DNA from: an uncultured Fibrobacterota bacterium | GTDB taxonomy: Bacteria > Fibrobacterota > Fibrobacteria > UBA5070 | Length of the DNA: 48,756 nt | Direction of reading: 5' to 3' | NCBI GenBank assembly: GCA_903825275.1 | Contig: CAIKAA010000499.1 | Coordinates: forward strand, 1-48,756 | Part shown: positions 1 through 9,200 of the stretch, piece by piece | Numbering within the stretch: position 1 is the stretch's first letter | Layout of the letters: each line of letters begins with the position of its first letter | Notes under the pieces: generated by a model | Databases searched by the model: none | What the model was told of the DNA's origin: nothing | What the model saw: the letters and a program-made list of their open reading frames with translations, nothing else | Program-made: the position numbers and the translations under genes

Positions 1-1725
1 AGGGACGCCTTGATCGCATTGGGTGTCCAGAAGAATGTGAATCTTGTGGTCGACCCGACCATTTCAGGATCACTCACCATCAATCTTCGCAAGATCGGGT
101 TTCGCGATGCCATCCAGTTGTTGGCGCGTGAAAACAACTTGGTTTTGGAGCCACTACCCGGCGCCTTGAAGATTGCCAAAAAAGTGGTGCCACCGCCACC
201 GCCGCCACCAGAACCCTTGTGCAAGGTCGAGCTCCAAGACGGATTGGTTTCGGTGGATATCCAAGGCGTTCCGCTTCCCACGGTGGTGCGGAAATTGTCG
301 GAAGTGACCGGCGTCAACATCTTGATGGAGTCTGTGCCTTCCACCAATGTCGTGATCTTCTTGCAGAAGATGCCGCTCCAGCAGATTTTGGCCTCGATTG
401 CCGAGTCGCAGTCGCTTGTTCTGCATGAAAAAAATAAGATTTGGATCTTTTCTGCCGCGCCGGTCGTGCGCGGTCCCGATGGCACGGGGGGCTCCTTTCG
501 ATTGACTGTGGAAGATTCTCTGGTCAGCTTGGAGGCTCGCCAAGTTCCCTTCCAAGACATTCTGAATTCCATCTCCCAAAGAATGAACGGGAATTTAGTC
601 GTGCTGGGAACTCCCCCCGGATCAGCCACGATCAAGCTCAACAAGGTGACCTGGGAGCAGGTATTCAACTTGTTGTTTTCGGGCACCGAGTATACTTGGT
701 GGAAACGCGACGACGCTTGGTTTGTTGGGCCAAGCAATAGCCCTGGGGTCACCAATTCCGAGTTGATTCCACTCAAGCACATCAAGGCCGAAGACGCTCT
801 GGAGATGGTTCCGGCATCTATTCAGCGGAACGCCCAATTGAAGGTGATGAAAAGCCACAACGGAATCGTAGTGCTGGGCGCTCGCGAAAGCATCGATGGG
901 GTTCGACAATTTTTGGACAAGATCGATTATGCGGTTCCGCAAATTCTGATCGAGGCATTGGTGGTGGATTTGGATGTGGACAAGCTCCGGGATATTGGCG
1001 TGAATGCTTCGTTCTCCAAGGCCGGCTTGGGGACAAGTAGTCGTGCTTTGTATCCGGGTTTTGATCAACTGATCCAGGTCGGAGAGTCCAATGGGAGTTC
1101 CGTGCAAATTCCCGGACTCCGGGACGTGGTTCGTCTTCCCAGCGATTTTTTCGCCAGGGTGCATGCGCTGGAGCAAGAGAAAATCCTCAAGATTCGTTCG
1201 CGTCCCCAGATTGCGACGTTGAATGGATCTGAAGCGACCATCACTGTGGGACAAACCCAGTATTTCCTGCTCAAGACAGAAACGGCGATCCCCCAATCAT
1301 CAACCACGACGACCCAGACCACCCAGCGTTTTGAAAAAATCGAAGCCAACGTGACTCTTACGGTTACGCCATTCGTGACCGGGGAAAGGGAGATCACCTG
1401 CGACATCGTTCCCGATTTTTCCGAGCCAGAAGGGGCATTTGACGCGAACACCCCCCCCACGATCAATCGGCGCATATTGAAATCCAAGGTGCGGCTTCTA
1501 GACGGGGAGACCATCGTGTTGGGGGGATTGGTCAAAGAATCGATCAATAGCGTTCATGACCAGGTGCCCTTGCTTGGATCGATCCCAATTCTTGGTGAGC
1601 TTTTTAAAAATCGAAACACAACCCATTCCCGCAGTCAGCTCATGATCTTCGTGACACCGCACATCTATTACGGATCGGATTCCAAAGTAGATCCAGAAGC
1701 GATTATCAAGAAGAACGAGGAATGA
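1..1725 (+). CDS. Secretin (GspD/PilQ family), 5'-truncated by the window edge
   Basis: The frame is open back to base 1; the track ORF 10..1725 starts at an internal TTG. A C-terminal secretin signature is readable: 'IRSRPQIATLNGSEATITVGQTQYF', 'RLLDGETIVLGGLVKES', 'VPLLGSIPILGELFKNRN...SQLMIFVTPHI'. The N-terminal part has three STN/secretin-N-like repeats and a PPPPPPP linker. The stop overlaps the next start (ATGA at 1722-1725). Confidence 0.85.
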   Translation, partial: RDALIALGVQKNVNLVVDPTISGSLTINLRKIGFRDAIQLLARENNLVLEPLPGALKIAKKVVPPPPPPPEPLCKVELQDGLVSVDIQGVPLPTVVRKLSEVTGVNILMESVPSTNVVIFLQKMPLQQILASIAESQSLVLHEKNKIWIFSAAPVVRGPDGTGGSFRLTVEDSLVSLEARQVPFQDILNSISQRMNGNLVVLGTPPGSATIKLNKVTWEQVFNLLFSGTEYTWWKRDDAWFVGPSNSPGVTNSELIPLKHIKAEDALEMVPASIQRNAQLKVMKSHNGIVVLGARESIDGVRQFLDKIDYAVPQILIEALVVDLDVDKLRDIGVNASFSKAGLGTSSRALYPGFDQLIQVGESNGSSVQIPGLRDVVRLPSDFFARVHALEQEKILKIRSRPQIATLNGSEATITVGQTQYFLLKTETAIPQSSTTTTQTTQRFEKIEANVTLTVTPFVTGEREITCDIVPDFSEPEGAFDANTPPTINRRILKSKVRLLDGETIVLGGLVKESINSVHDQVPLLGSIPILGELFKNRNTTHSRSQLMIFVTPHIYYGSDSKVDPEAIIKKNEE

Positions 1726-3041
1726 TCCGTAAGGTCCTTTCGAAGTGGGTGGAATGGGTGGCCGGTAGGCTTGGGCCCTGGAATCTTTGTGGAATCGAAC
1801 GGCTGCCTGGAGAAACTCGATACGTTCGTCTCCAAAGAGGCTGGAAGGGCTGGCGGGTAGGAACTTGGAGGACAGAAAATGCCTTCGATTTTTCGATCGA
1901 AAGGCGCGAAATCAGCCATGGCTACCACTGCTTGCTGGGTAATGTGCCCATCCTGTTCAAAAATTCGATGTCCGAATTGGAATGGGACGCAATCAATCTG
2001 GATTCCCCCTCGTACATCGAGTGCAATCCCTCCTGGGGTTGGCCTTTCTTGTGGCGGGGAGACAAACTTGTCCAGGTTTTAGGCGAAGAACAGCCCTGCA
2101 CCACCGGGTTGTCGGGAAGTTTATTGCTTGCCATGCTCGCCCCGGGCCATCTTCCAGAGCATTGGATCGCGGTTCGATTTTTGAGAGAGAGTGCGATGGT
2201 ATGGTTTCTAGACGGTTGCGACCTCCAGAGATTCGTGAATCTTTCAGGAGGCACTTCCGATCCAGTCTTGTTGGAGCAGGAATGGAACCAGCTCTTGAGC
2301 CAGGATCTACCTCAACAATTACCGAATCATGTGGGTGTGCCCATCGCGGTCCTGGAAACGACCGATCACGAACGAACGGATCGAATGCTCGCCTCGCAAC
2401 AAGAGATGCTCTTCGCGCCTCCTTGGCTGCCTCAGTTTGAGTTGGTGCCCGAGCCGATTCGATTTGCCGCAGCGGCTGCACAACTGCACCGGTGTGGGCA
2501 TGTCATCGAAGACAATCCCTACGGATGGGAAGCTCAGTTGCGGATGGGGCGGCGATCCGCAGCCATGGGATTGATGGCAGGAGCCGCGCTGTTGGGGCTG
2601 GCGGGATGTATCGAATTGGGATTTGCAGGGAACCAATTTCGATTGGATCGAAACATTGCCGCAAGTTCGAATCAACTTGCAAAAAATGCAAAGCGTGTCG
2701 AATTGGTTCTTACCTGGCAAAAGGCCGAGGAACAAAATAAGCTGCGGATTCGGGAATTCATGAAGCTTGGTGGCCGACTTTCCGGAGCGATGGTGAGTGG
2801 CGTGTCTTGTTTGAATGGACCTGTTCGAGTCGTTTCCTGGGAGGGCCAACGCTTTGACGATGGGTTCCGACAAACCTTGGTTGTGAAGACGGTGGGAGAT
2901 GCCAATCTGGGCCATTGGACAACCTGCCTTTCTGGTGCTTTTGTTGGGCCATCCTTTAGGGTGCAAATGACAGAATCCGGCAGAGATGTGAATCCTGACG
3001 AAAAAACCGTCGTGACACTAGGGTCGGGTCTTTTGCCATGA
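1722..3041 (+). CDS. Hypothetical inner-membrane assembly protein (GspL-like / PilM-PilN-fusion-like by architecture)
   Basis: 439-aa ORF with ATGA overlaps at both ends. It has a roughly 285-aa N-terminal soluble part, one TM segment 'AAMGLMAGAALLGLAGCIELGFAG', then a coiled-coil-like region 'NQLAKNAKRVELVLTWQKAEEQNKLRIREF'. The call rests on architecture and position only; I recognised no family motif. Confidence 0.4.
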   Translation: MIRKVLSKWVEWVAGRLGPWNLCGIERLPGETRYVRLQRGWKGWRVGTWRTENAFDFSIERREISHGYHCLLGNVPILFKNSMSELEWDAINLDSPSYIECNPSWGWPFLWRGDKLVQVLGEEQPCTTGLSGSLLLAMLAPGHLPEHWIAVRFLRESAMVWFLDGCDLQRFVNLSGGTSDPVLLEQEWNQLLSQDLPQQLPNHVGVPIAVLETTDHERTDRMLASQQEMLFAPPWLPQFELVPEPIRFAAAAAQLHRCGHVIEDNPYGWEAQLRMGRRSAAMGLMAGAALLGLAGCIELGFAGNQFRLDRNIAASSNQLAKNAKRVELVLTWQKAEEQNKLRIREFMKLGGRLSGAMVSGVSCLNGPVRVVSWEGQRFDDGFRQTLVVKTVGDANLGHWTTCLSGAFVGPSFRVQMTESGRDVNPDEKTVVTLGSGLLP

Positions 3042-3514
3042 CACCGAAGTTGTCTCGACAAATTCTGGCACTATTGGGCTGGGGGTTTGGGATCTTTTTC
3101 AGCTCGTGGTTTTTAGTCGTTCGGATACAGAATCGCCTAAATGCAACACGCCATCGCCAGTCGCAATTGGACAGTCTCGATCTTTTGAAAAAACAATTGA
3201 AGGAAGTTTTGCCTTCTGAACATGACAAGTGCTTTCATCCATGGGGCTCATTGTCGCAATCGGATATCGATTCCACGGCCCAGGAATTTGGGATCAAGAT
3301 CGAGAAAAATTTATCGTCTTCCTCTGGCGCCAACGGGATAGATTATTCGCTGGTCGCAACGGCATCGTTTCCCCAAATCGTTGGGTGGATCGGCGACCTG
3401 GAACTTCCTCGCCACGATTGTATTGTGGAACGCTGGACATTCTCTCCATTGGATCCATCGGGGGGTGCCATCAAAGCGGCGATCAAGTTGAGTTGCCGAG
3501 GTGGATGGAAATGA
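3038..3514 (+). CDS. Hypothetical GspM/PilO-like single-TM assembly protein
   Basis: 158 aa. N-terminal TM 'ILALLGWGFGIFFSSWFLVV', followed by a polar helix and a small C-terminal domain. ATGA overlaps on both sides. Size and topology fit GspM/PilO; no sequence motif was recognised. Confidence 0.4.
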   Translation: MTPKLSRQILALLGWGFGIFFSSWFLVVRIQNRLNATRHRQSQLDSLDLLKKQLKEVLPSEHDKCFHPWGSLSQSDIDSTAQEFGIKIEKNLSSSSGANGIDYSLVATASFPQIVGWIGDLELPRHDCIVERWTFSPLDPSGGAIKAAIKLSCRGGWK

Positions 3515-3960
3515 GATCTCGATTGATTCGATTGTTGATTTTAACCGCCTCGGCAATCTGGCTTTTTGTCGTCTACCGCATCACCGATTTCCATTTCTTT
3601 GGAACAAATAACACGATTTCGGTGCAGAATTCGAGCGACAGCATACCCGTGACACCGATCATGTGGAAAAATCTGCACGATGTTTTCCAGTCCAAGGATG
3701 CCAAACCGCTGGGAGTTGTCGCGAGACATCGTGTCCTCCCGGCAGTCAAGGAATTCGTCCAGCCAATGGCGCCTATCGGAGATGCGCCGATCTTGAAAGG
3801 TGTGTTGGCTGGTGAACCGCCCTTGGTGATTCTGGATTCTTCGGGAAAGTCAGAATTTGTCAAAGCTAAAAGCGCAGCCTTTGGATGGCTTGTGGTTGGG
3901 GTCACCGATAGCGGCGTGATGATTTCCAAAGGTGCCACACGCCGACTTCTTAAGCGATGA
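3511..3960 (+). CDS. Hypothetical PilP/GspC-like single-TM protein
   Basis: The track ORF 3229..3960 overlaps the previous gene. I chose ATG 3511 (MRSRLIRLLILTASAIWLFVV...) because it forms an ATGA overlap with the upstream stop, like the other junctions in this operon. It has an N-terminal TM and a C-terminal beta-rich part 'PILKGVLAGEPPLVILDSSGKSEFVKAKS...VVGVTDSGVMISKG'. Confidence 0.35.
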   Translation: MRSRLIRLLILTASAIWLFVVYRITDFHFFGTNNTISVQNSSDSIPVTPIMWKNLHDVFQSKDAKPLGVVARHRVLPAVKEFVQPMAPIGDAPILKGVLAGEPPLVILDSSGKSEFVKAKSAAFGWLVVGVTDSGVMISKGATRRLLKR

Positions 3961-5246
3961 GGCCAGTATCCAGAATTCGTCGTGGCGTCGCGATGCCAGT
4001 TGCTCTGGGAATACTGGTGCTGGTCGGTCTCTTGGTCGGCCTTCTCTTCGAGCAGGTACGGATCAACAATCACCTTGCCTTGAAAAATTATCGGGATGCT
4101 CAAAAGAGTTTGCTCGTTGCATCGGGTTTGGCTCATTCCGTCAAGATTATTGCCGGGCTCAATGATTCTAGCCCGATCGCCTACGAGGCGCGAGTGGTGC
4201 TTGATTCCCTTGGCACGGCCTATCGACTGAAATTAGAGCCGTGGGGCGCATTGATTCGTTTGACAATCGTTCCGATTGTCATGGGAGACTCTGTCAAGTT
4301 GCAGAGCTTCGAAGTGGGATCGTACCTGAGTTCGGACAGTTTGCCAACGATTGGGATTTCTGGTGGTGGCGGTGTTTCCTTGGAGACGGCGGCATCGGTC
4401 CTAGGGGCAATCTGGACGCGAAGTGTGGTGAAAAATGCTCAAGGGGGCGCCCCACGTGGAACCACCGTTCGGCCGGATCGGGATCAAGCCATGCGGAGAA
4501 TGTTTCTACCACTTGGGCTTGAGTCGGAGTGGTTGGCACGTGTTGATGATGCCTTGAAAAGGCAAAAACCGATCGATTCGGGCTTATCCTTTTCAAAAGA
4601 TTCGGGAGCTGCGAAACGCCTTGGCGGTGTGGTTGCAAGCGTCCAAATATTTTCGGATTCCCTAGCGATTCGCGGATTGGTGGGAGAGAATTTACTCCTG
4701 GTTGCTCGTCGAATTTCATTTTCGGGGACCAATCGTTGCAAAAATTGCTTGGTTCAATCCACACAGGATGTTTCGATCGAAGGAAAATTGCACTGGGATG
4801 GTCAAATATTGGCCAGGGATAGCATCGTTTGCAATATGGAAGATAGTGTTACGGGAAGTCCCATCGCAATAGTCCAGGGACGAGTTAACATTGAGGGGAA
4901 TAAGAAAAAACAAGGAATGATGAAACTGAAACACGGCGTATTTACCGGTTGGTGGGGAACCAGCTCGGAGATTGGCTATGCAACCGAACGCATGACCAAG
5001 ATAGAGATGGGAAAATCTGTTGTCTTATTGGGCGTTTTGTCGTCAGGTGCCTTGATTGTCCCAAAAGGGAAAATTGAAGGTTCGATTCTGGTTTCAGGAG
5101 TCGCGCGAATCGATTCGCGAGGTGTGTTGTGGGAAGGGGGACTTGATTCGGTGAAGACTTCGTCTTTTTCACCCAAAGAACGAATCTTGTTCCCATGGCT
5201 CCCTGGAATGCCCCCTACCATGATTCGCAAAGTCCTTCGTTGGTGA
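3957..5246 (+). CDS. PilX-N-terminal-domain / GspK-like pseudopilus-associated protein
   Basis: The N-terminus 'RRGVAMPVALGILVLVGLLVGLLFEQ...AQKSLLVASGLAH' matches the RGVAL-type hydrophobic N-terminus (no Glu5) typical of PilX_N/GspK proteins. The C-terminal half has repetitive beta-helix-like segments (for example 'VSIEGKLHWDGQILARDSIVCNMEDSVTGSPIAIVQGRVNIEG'). ATGA overlap at the start. Confidence 0.5.
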   Translation: MRPVSRIRRGVAMPVALGILVLVGLLVGLLFEQVRINNHLALKNYRDAQKSLLVASGLAHSVKIIAGLNDSSPIAYEARVVLDSLGTAYRLKLEPWGALIRLTIVPIVMGDSVKLQSFEVGSYLSSDSLPTIGISGGGGVSLETAASVLGAIWTRSVVKNAQGGAPRGTTVRPDRDQAMRRMFLPLGLESEWLARVDDALKRQKPIDSGLSFSKDSGAAKRLGGVVASVQIFSDSLAIRGLVGENLLLVARRISFSGTNRCKNCLVQSTQDVSIEGKLHWDGQILARDSIVCNMEDSVTGSPIAIVQGRVNIEGNKKKQGMMKLKHGVFTGWWGTSSEIGYATERMTKIEMGKSVVLLGVLSSGALIVPKGKIEGSILVSGVARIDSRGVLWEGGLDSVKTSSFSPKERILFPWLPGMPPTMIRKVLRW

Positions 5247-5248
5247 AG

Positions 5249-5584
5249 ATGGTTTCAAATGTTCGGTCGGGAATGACCATCCTTGAGGTCTTGGTGGCAT
5301 TGGTCATTTTATCCACAGCGGTTCTGGGACTAACTATGTTTTTATACCCGGCAAAATGGAACCAAAGCGCGATTCATCGAATTTCAAACGACTCTCTTCT
5401 AGAAGCCGAGGTTGGGGAAGTGATGCGAAATCGCCCGGAAATCGGCTACCAAAAGGTGAAAAACCTTGGTGTTGGGGAAGAATTGAGAATTGTGGTAGGT
5501 CCAGGGGGTGCTGGGAAAAGCCTTCACGGCGAACTGTTGAAGGGTAGCAAGGTGGTTTCGAGGCTGGTGGCGACTTGGCCATGA
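5249..5584 (+). CDS. Prepilin-type (type IV pilin-like) pseudopilin, GspI-size
   Basis: ATG 5249 lies 2 nt after the upstream stop. 'MVSNVRSG/MTILEVLVALVILSTAVLGL' gives a prepilin peptidase site G/M with Glu at +5 and a hydrophobic helix. 111 aa. Confidence 0.8.
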   Translation: MVSNVRSGMTILEVLVALVILSTAVLGLTMFLYPAKWNQSAIHRISNDSLLEAEVGEVMRNRPEIGYQKVKNLGVGEELRIVVGPGGAGKSLHGELLKGSKVVSRLVATWP

Positions 5585-5811
5585 GACGTTCTTCCTGTGG
5601 AGTAACATTAATTGAGCTGCTCGTGGCCTTAGCATTGCTTGGAATCGTTCTTGATCTGGGATTTCTAATTCTCCGGGATGGTCAGAAAATGCTCCAAAAA
5701 CAACAGGTCCAAGCGGTAGACTTTCAAAGCTCCTTCCTGAGGCAAGCTCAGACCCGGAACAACCGGCTCGATAGCTGCCTTGGTAAGCCATTGGATCAGT
5801 GCATGAAGTGA
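5581..5811 (+). CDS. Short prepilin-type pseudopilin (76 aa)
   Basis: ATG 5581 forms an ATGA overlap with the upstream stop. 'MRRSSCG/VTLIELLVALALLGIVL' is a classic N-methylation motif with Glu5. It has only about 45 residues after the helix. Confidence 0.65.
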   Translation: MRRSSCGVTLIELLVALALLGIVLDLGFLILRDGQKMLQKQQVQAVDFQSSFLRQAQTRNNRLDSCLGKPLDQCMK

Positions 5812-5895
5812 AAAATTGCTTTTGGTGTGATGTAGATAACGGGTTGGGACACGTTTTGCCCCCTTCCACAATCTGGATATTCACTGAATCTCTTT

Positions 5896-6135
5896 GGAGT
5901 GACGCGGAGACACTCCGGAGTGATGCGGAGACACTCTGGAGTGACGCAGAGGTACTCTCGAGTGGTGCGGAGCCACTCCGGAGTGATGCGGAGACACTCT
6001 GGAGTGACGCAGAGGTACTCTCGAGTGGTGCGGAGCCACTCTGGAGTGACTCGGAGACACTGTGGAGTGTCGCGGAGATACTCTCGAGTGATACTGAGAC
6101 GCTCTGGAGTGATGCAGAGACATTCCAGAGCGACA
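5896..6135. repeat. Tandem array of about 11.5 x 21-bp units (consensus GGAGTGAYGCGGAGACACTCY) with a 63-bp higher-order repeat
   Basis: I counted units directly, starting at 5896, 5917, 5938 and so on to 6106, plus a degenerate last unit. Positions 5917-5979 and 5980-6042 are identical at 62 of 63 bases. The first 6 nt of a unit (GGAGTG) are the reverse complement of its last 6 (CACTCC). Five of six reading frames are open across the array, which generates the overlapping track ORFs. Confidence 0.95.
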
Positions 6136-6286
6136 CTAGCGACCATACTCTGACCGCGACCAGCGTCTAGAGAGCACGATTTTTCCGTTTGTCGGTCTGA
6201 ACGTGGAGCGAAGAATGCGGTCAGAAGCTATCCTCCATCGGTCCGTCGGATGGCCTCTCGGCGATCCAAACCGGAGGAGCTTTGTT

Positions 6287-9200
6287 GTGATTTTCCTACG
6301 AAACCTCAGTTTCCCGACTCTTTCGGCTGTTTTGCTGGCCGCTGGGGCGTGTTTTGCTGCCGATCCGACGCCTTATGATTCCATTGCGAACCCTCTGGGA
6401 CTGCTGCCTCAGACCGATGCGACTGTTCAAGCTAAGGGTGACCTGTTAAATATGAAGCTGTCTCGGATCCGGCTGAACCAGGCGGGGTATCGAACGGTCG
6501 ATGTCGCGGCGGGGATGGCGAAGTTCTATTACTTGAGTGCATCCGGGACTTCGGCAATCTTTCAAGTTGTCTCGCCCAACGGGATTGCTGTGGGCACCTT
6601 AGGCACCATGGCAGCGAAGGTCGGAGGAGGTGTTGTTTCCGGCTCGGTCGTCGCCTATGCATCGAATTCGGCGGAACACAAAGACAACGGCGATGGGGAT
6701 TTCAAGCCGGGCTACCCCATGACGAGTGCAACGGTTTCAGGCACTTTGTTGGAAGGCATTCTACCGGCGACGTTGCCCACTGGAATCTATCGAATCGCCG
6801 TTGGTTCGGACACCTCGGTCAAATTCATCGTCAGCGACAACGTTTATGGGATGGCCCGTGATGCCGCAATGAAGTTCTTTGGTGTGGCCCGCTCGGGCGA
6901 TTACCAATCGTGGTTCCATCCCCCCTCACACATGTGGGATGGATGGCTTTACGATAGCGCTGCCCGCAATCCCGATGGATCCTACAAGTACAAGGGCGCA
7001 CTGACCGGGGGGTGGTACGATTGCGGCAATCACCTCAAAGAAGCGAGAACCAATAGCTATCCCCTTGCCACCTTGGGAATGGTAGCTGCGACCATGCCAG
7101 ATCGCAACCCCGATCATTTTGGTCTGAACCAAGCAAATACCCGTCAAACCGACGGCATTCCCGATATTTTGCGCGAGGCTTGGGTGGGGGCCCAGTTTGT
7201 TTTCAAATCGTACCGTCTTGCCCAGGGCAAAACAGCGAACATGTACTTGTCGGTTGGGGATCCGATCAAAAAACTCGATTTCATGTGGTGGGGGCGTCCC
7301 GAGAACCAAGACAATGTCCTGAGCGTGAATCGAGGTGGACGTCGCGAAAGAGGGGTGATTAAGAATTGGGGCTCGGCTTCGATGGCGGATTATGCCGCAG
7401 GGTTGGCTTTCCTGTCCAAACAGTACCGCCCCTATGATGCGGCATTTGCCGACTCCGCCTTGATGATCGCCAGGGCGATGTACCAGCAGGCCAAAACCAG
7501 CAATATGCAGGAAGGCCCCTCGGACTATTTCGGGGAGACGATAAACAACGATGATCTGGCACTGGCTGCGGTGGCCCTTCTATGGGTCACTGGAGAAAAG
7601 CCATTTCTGGACGATCTGATCACCACGCCTTTCATGCCCGACGGAGCTGGGGGCACCTGTGGCGCCACCCAGATCGCAGCTTTCCCGGCGGCCTCGTTTG
7701 CCGGCGGGTTCATGGGATGCGGTTCGAACAACATGACCCACGGAACTGCCCAATTGGCGTGGGCCAACGTCAACGATCTCGCACTGTATTCTTTTATGAA
7801 GCTGATCCTGAAAGATGATGCGACCTCGACAAAATACGGCATCACTCCTGCCGATCGGCTGGCTCTGTATGAGAAATGCCTATCGAACTTGATGTACAAC
7901 ATCTCCGATGCGTCGGTGGGAAGCGCCTCGGTCGCACTGCCAGCGCCCACTGCAGGGCTTGGATGGAAATTCACCAAATACAACTACGATCCCATTTGGT
8001 ACAGCTCGGCAGTAAGCACTCCCGGTTGGTGGAACAAGTACCAGTTTGGCAACCTCGCTTCGCTGTACCTGTACTACGACGCGACCTCGGCTGTCGAGGG
8101 GGTTCCTCTCCCGCATTTCCCCGGTGGGACCGATTGGAAACGCAAGGAGGTTCTTCAGGCCTTGCTTGGTGGACTGAATTACATGCTCGGGACAAATCCT
8201 GTCGATCTTTCCTATATCCTTGGCATTGGGTCGAAAAACCCAAACCACCCCCACCATCGTGCCGCAAATCCGGATGGACGCAATGTGCCAGGTGCCTATT
8301 ACAACTACGCCATCCCCACTGGTGGACTTTATGGGGGTTCGATCACCGGCCCCACGAACACGGAGGTTCTCGTAGACCGGCATGCGGACAACGCCAATCA
8401 ATTCAAGGTTTCGGAAGCGAACTGCCCCGATGCATCGGCAGCCATGGTCATCCCTTTTGCCGGCCTTGCCCGCTCGGAGGTCCCACGCGCGCCCAATGCA
8501 ACCGTGAAGGTCCTCTACACCACCGACACCTCGGCGGTGATCCAGGTCGATTTGGACAAGTGGGGGTTTGTCAACCTCAAGTACGGCCTGGATTCGGTCT
8601 TGGTCAACCAGACAAATTCCGTCAACGGAAACGACACATCGGTTTCCATCCGCGTGAACATCAACAAGCTCAAGGCCGGAACGCAGTACTTCTTCAACGT
8701 CGCCTCGTCGGATTTGTACGGGAATGGTTCCCTGGTGGCCAAGTGGCCCAATGGATCGAGCGACTCGATTCCGTTCACCTTCACCACAAAAGCAACCCCT
8801 CAACCTCCTCCAACCTTTGGCAACATCAAAGTTTGCAACGTCACCTCCGATTCGGCGGAAATCCTATGGGTTACGCGGAATGGACAATATCTGTCCGGTG
8901 TGTTGTTTGCCGACAGCGCTAGTTGGAAGTCCGCGGCTTACTCGGAAGTCGACAGCGATGTGGTCGGAAACGTCCCGGTCACATTTCACCACGTCAAGCT
9001 CCATGGGCTCCGTCCCAAGACGACCTACTACTTCAAGGTGGGGGTTCCCGGATCCTACGACGCCACTGTGGGGTGCTTTCGCACACCCAATGAAGATGTG
9101 AAATTCGATGTGCGCGCTTCTGGATACATGTGGAATGGGATGCGCACTCTGACTGTCGCGATCACCAACCAAGACAACAAGCCTTACGATTCCTTGCAAC

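Noticed and set aside
5399-6170. Heptad-repeat ORFs through the 21-bp array (+ 5799..6170 'SDAETLW...', + 5899..6153, - 5399..6136 'SASLQSV...', - 5796..6146, - 5881..6123).
   Set aside because: Five of six frames are open only because the 21-bp unit lacks stop codons in those frames. The ORFs overlap one another, and the long minus-strand one runs antisense through both pseudopilin genes. None has a convincing start context. Translation of one frame cannot be strictly excluded without data.
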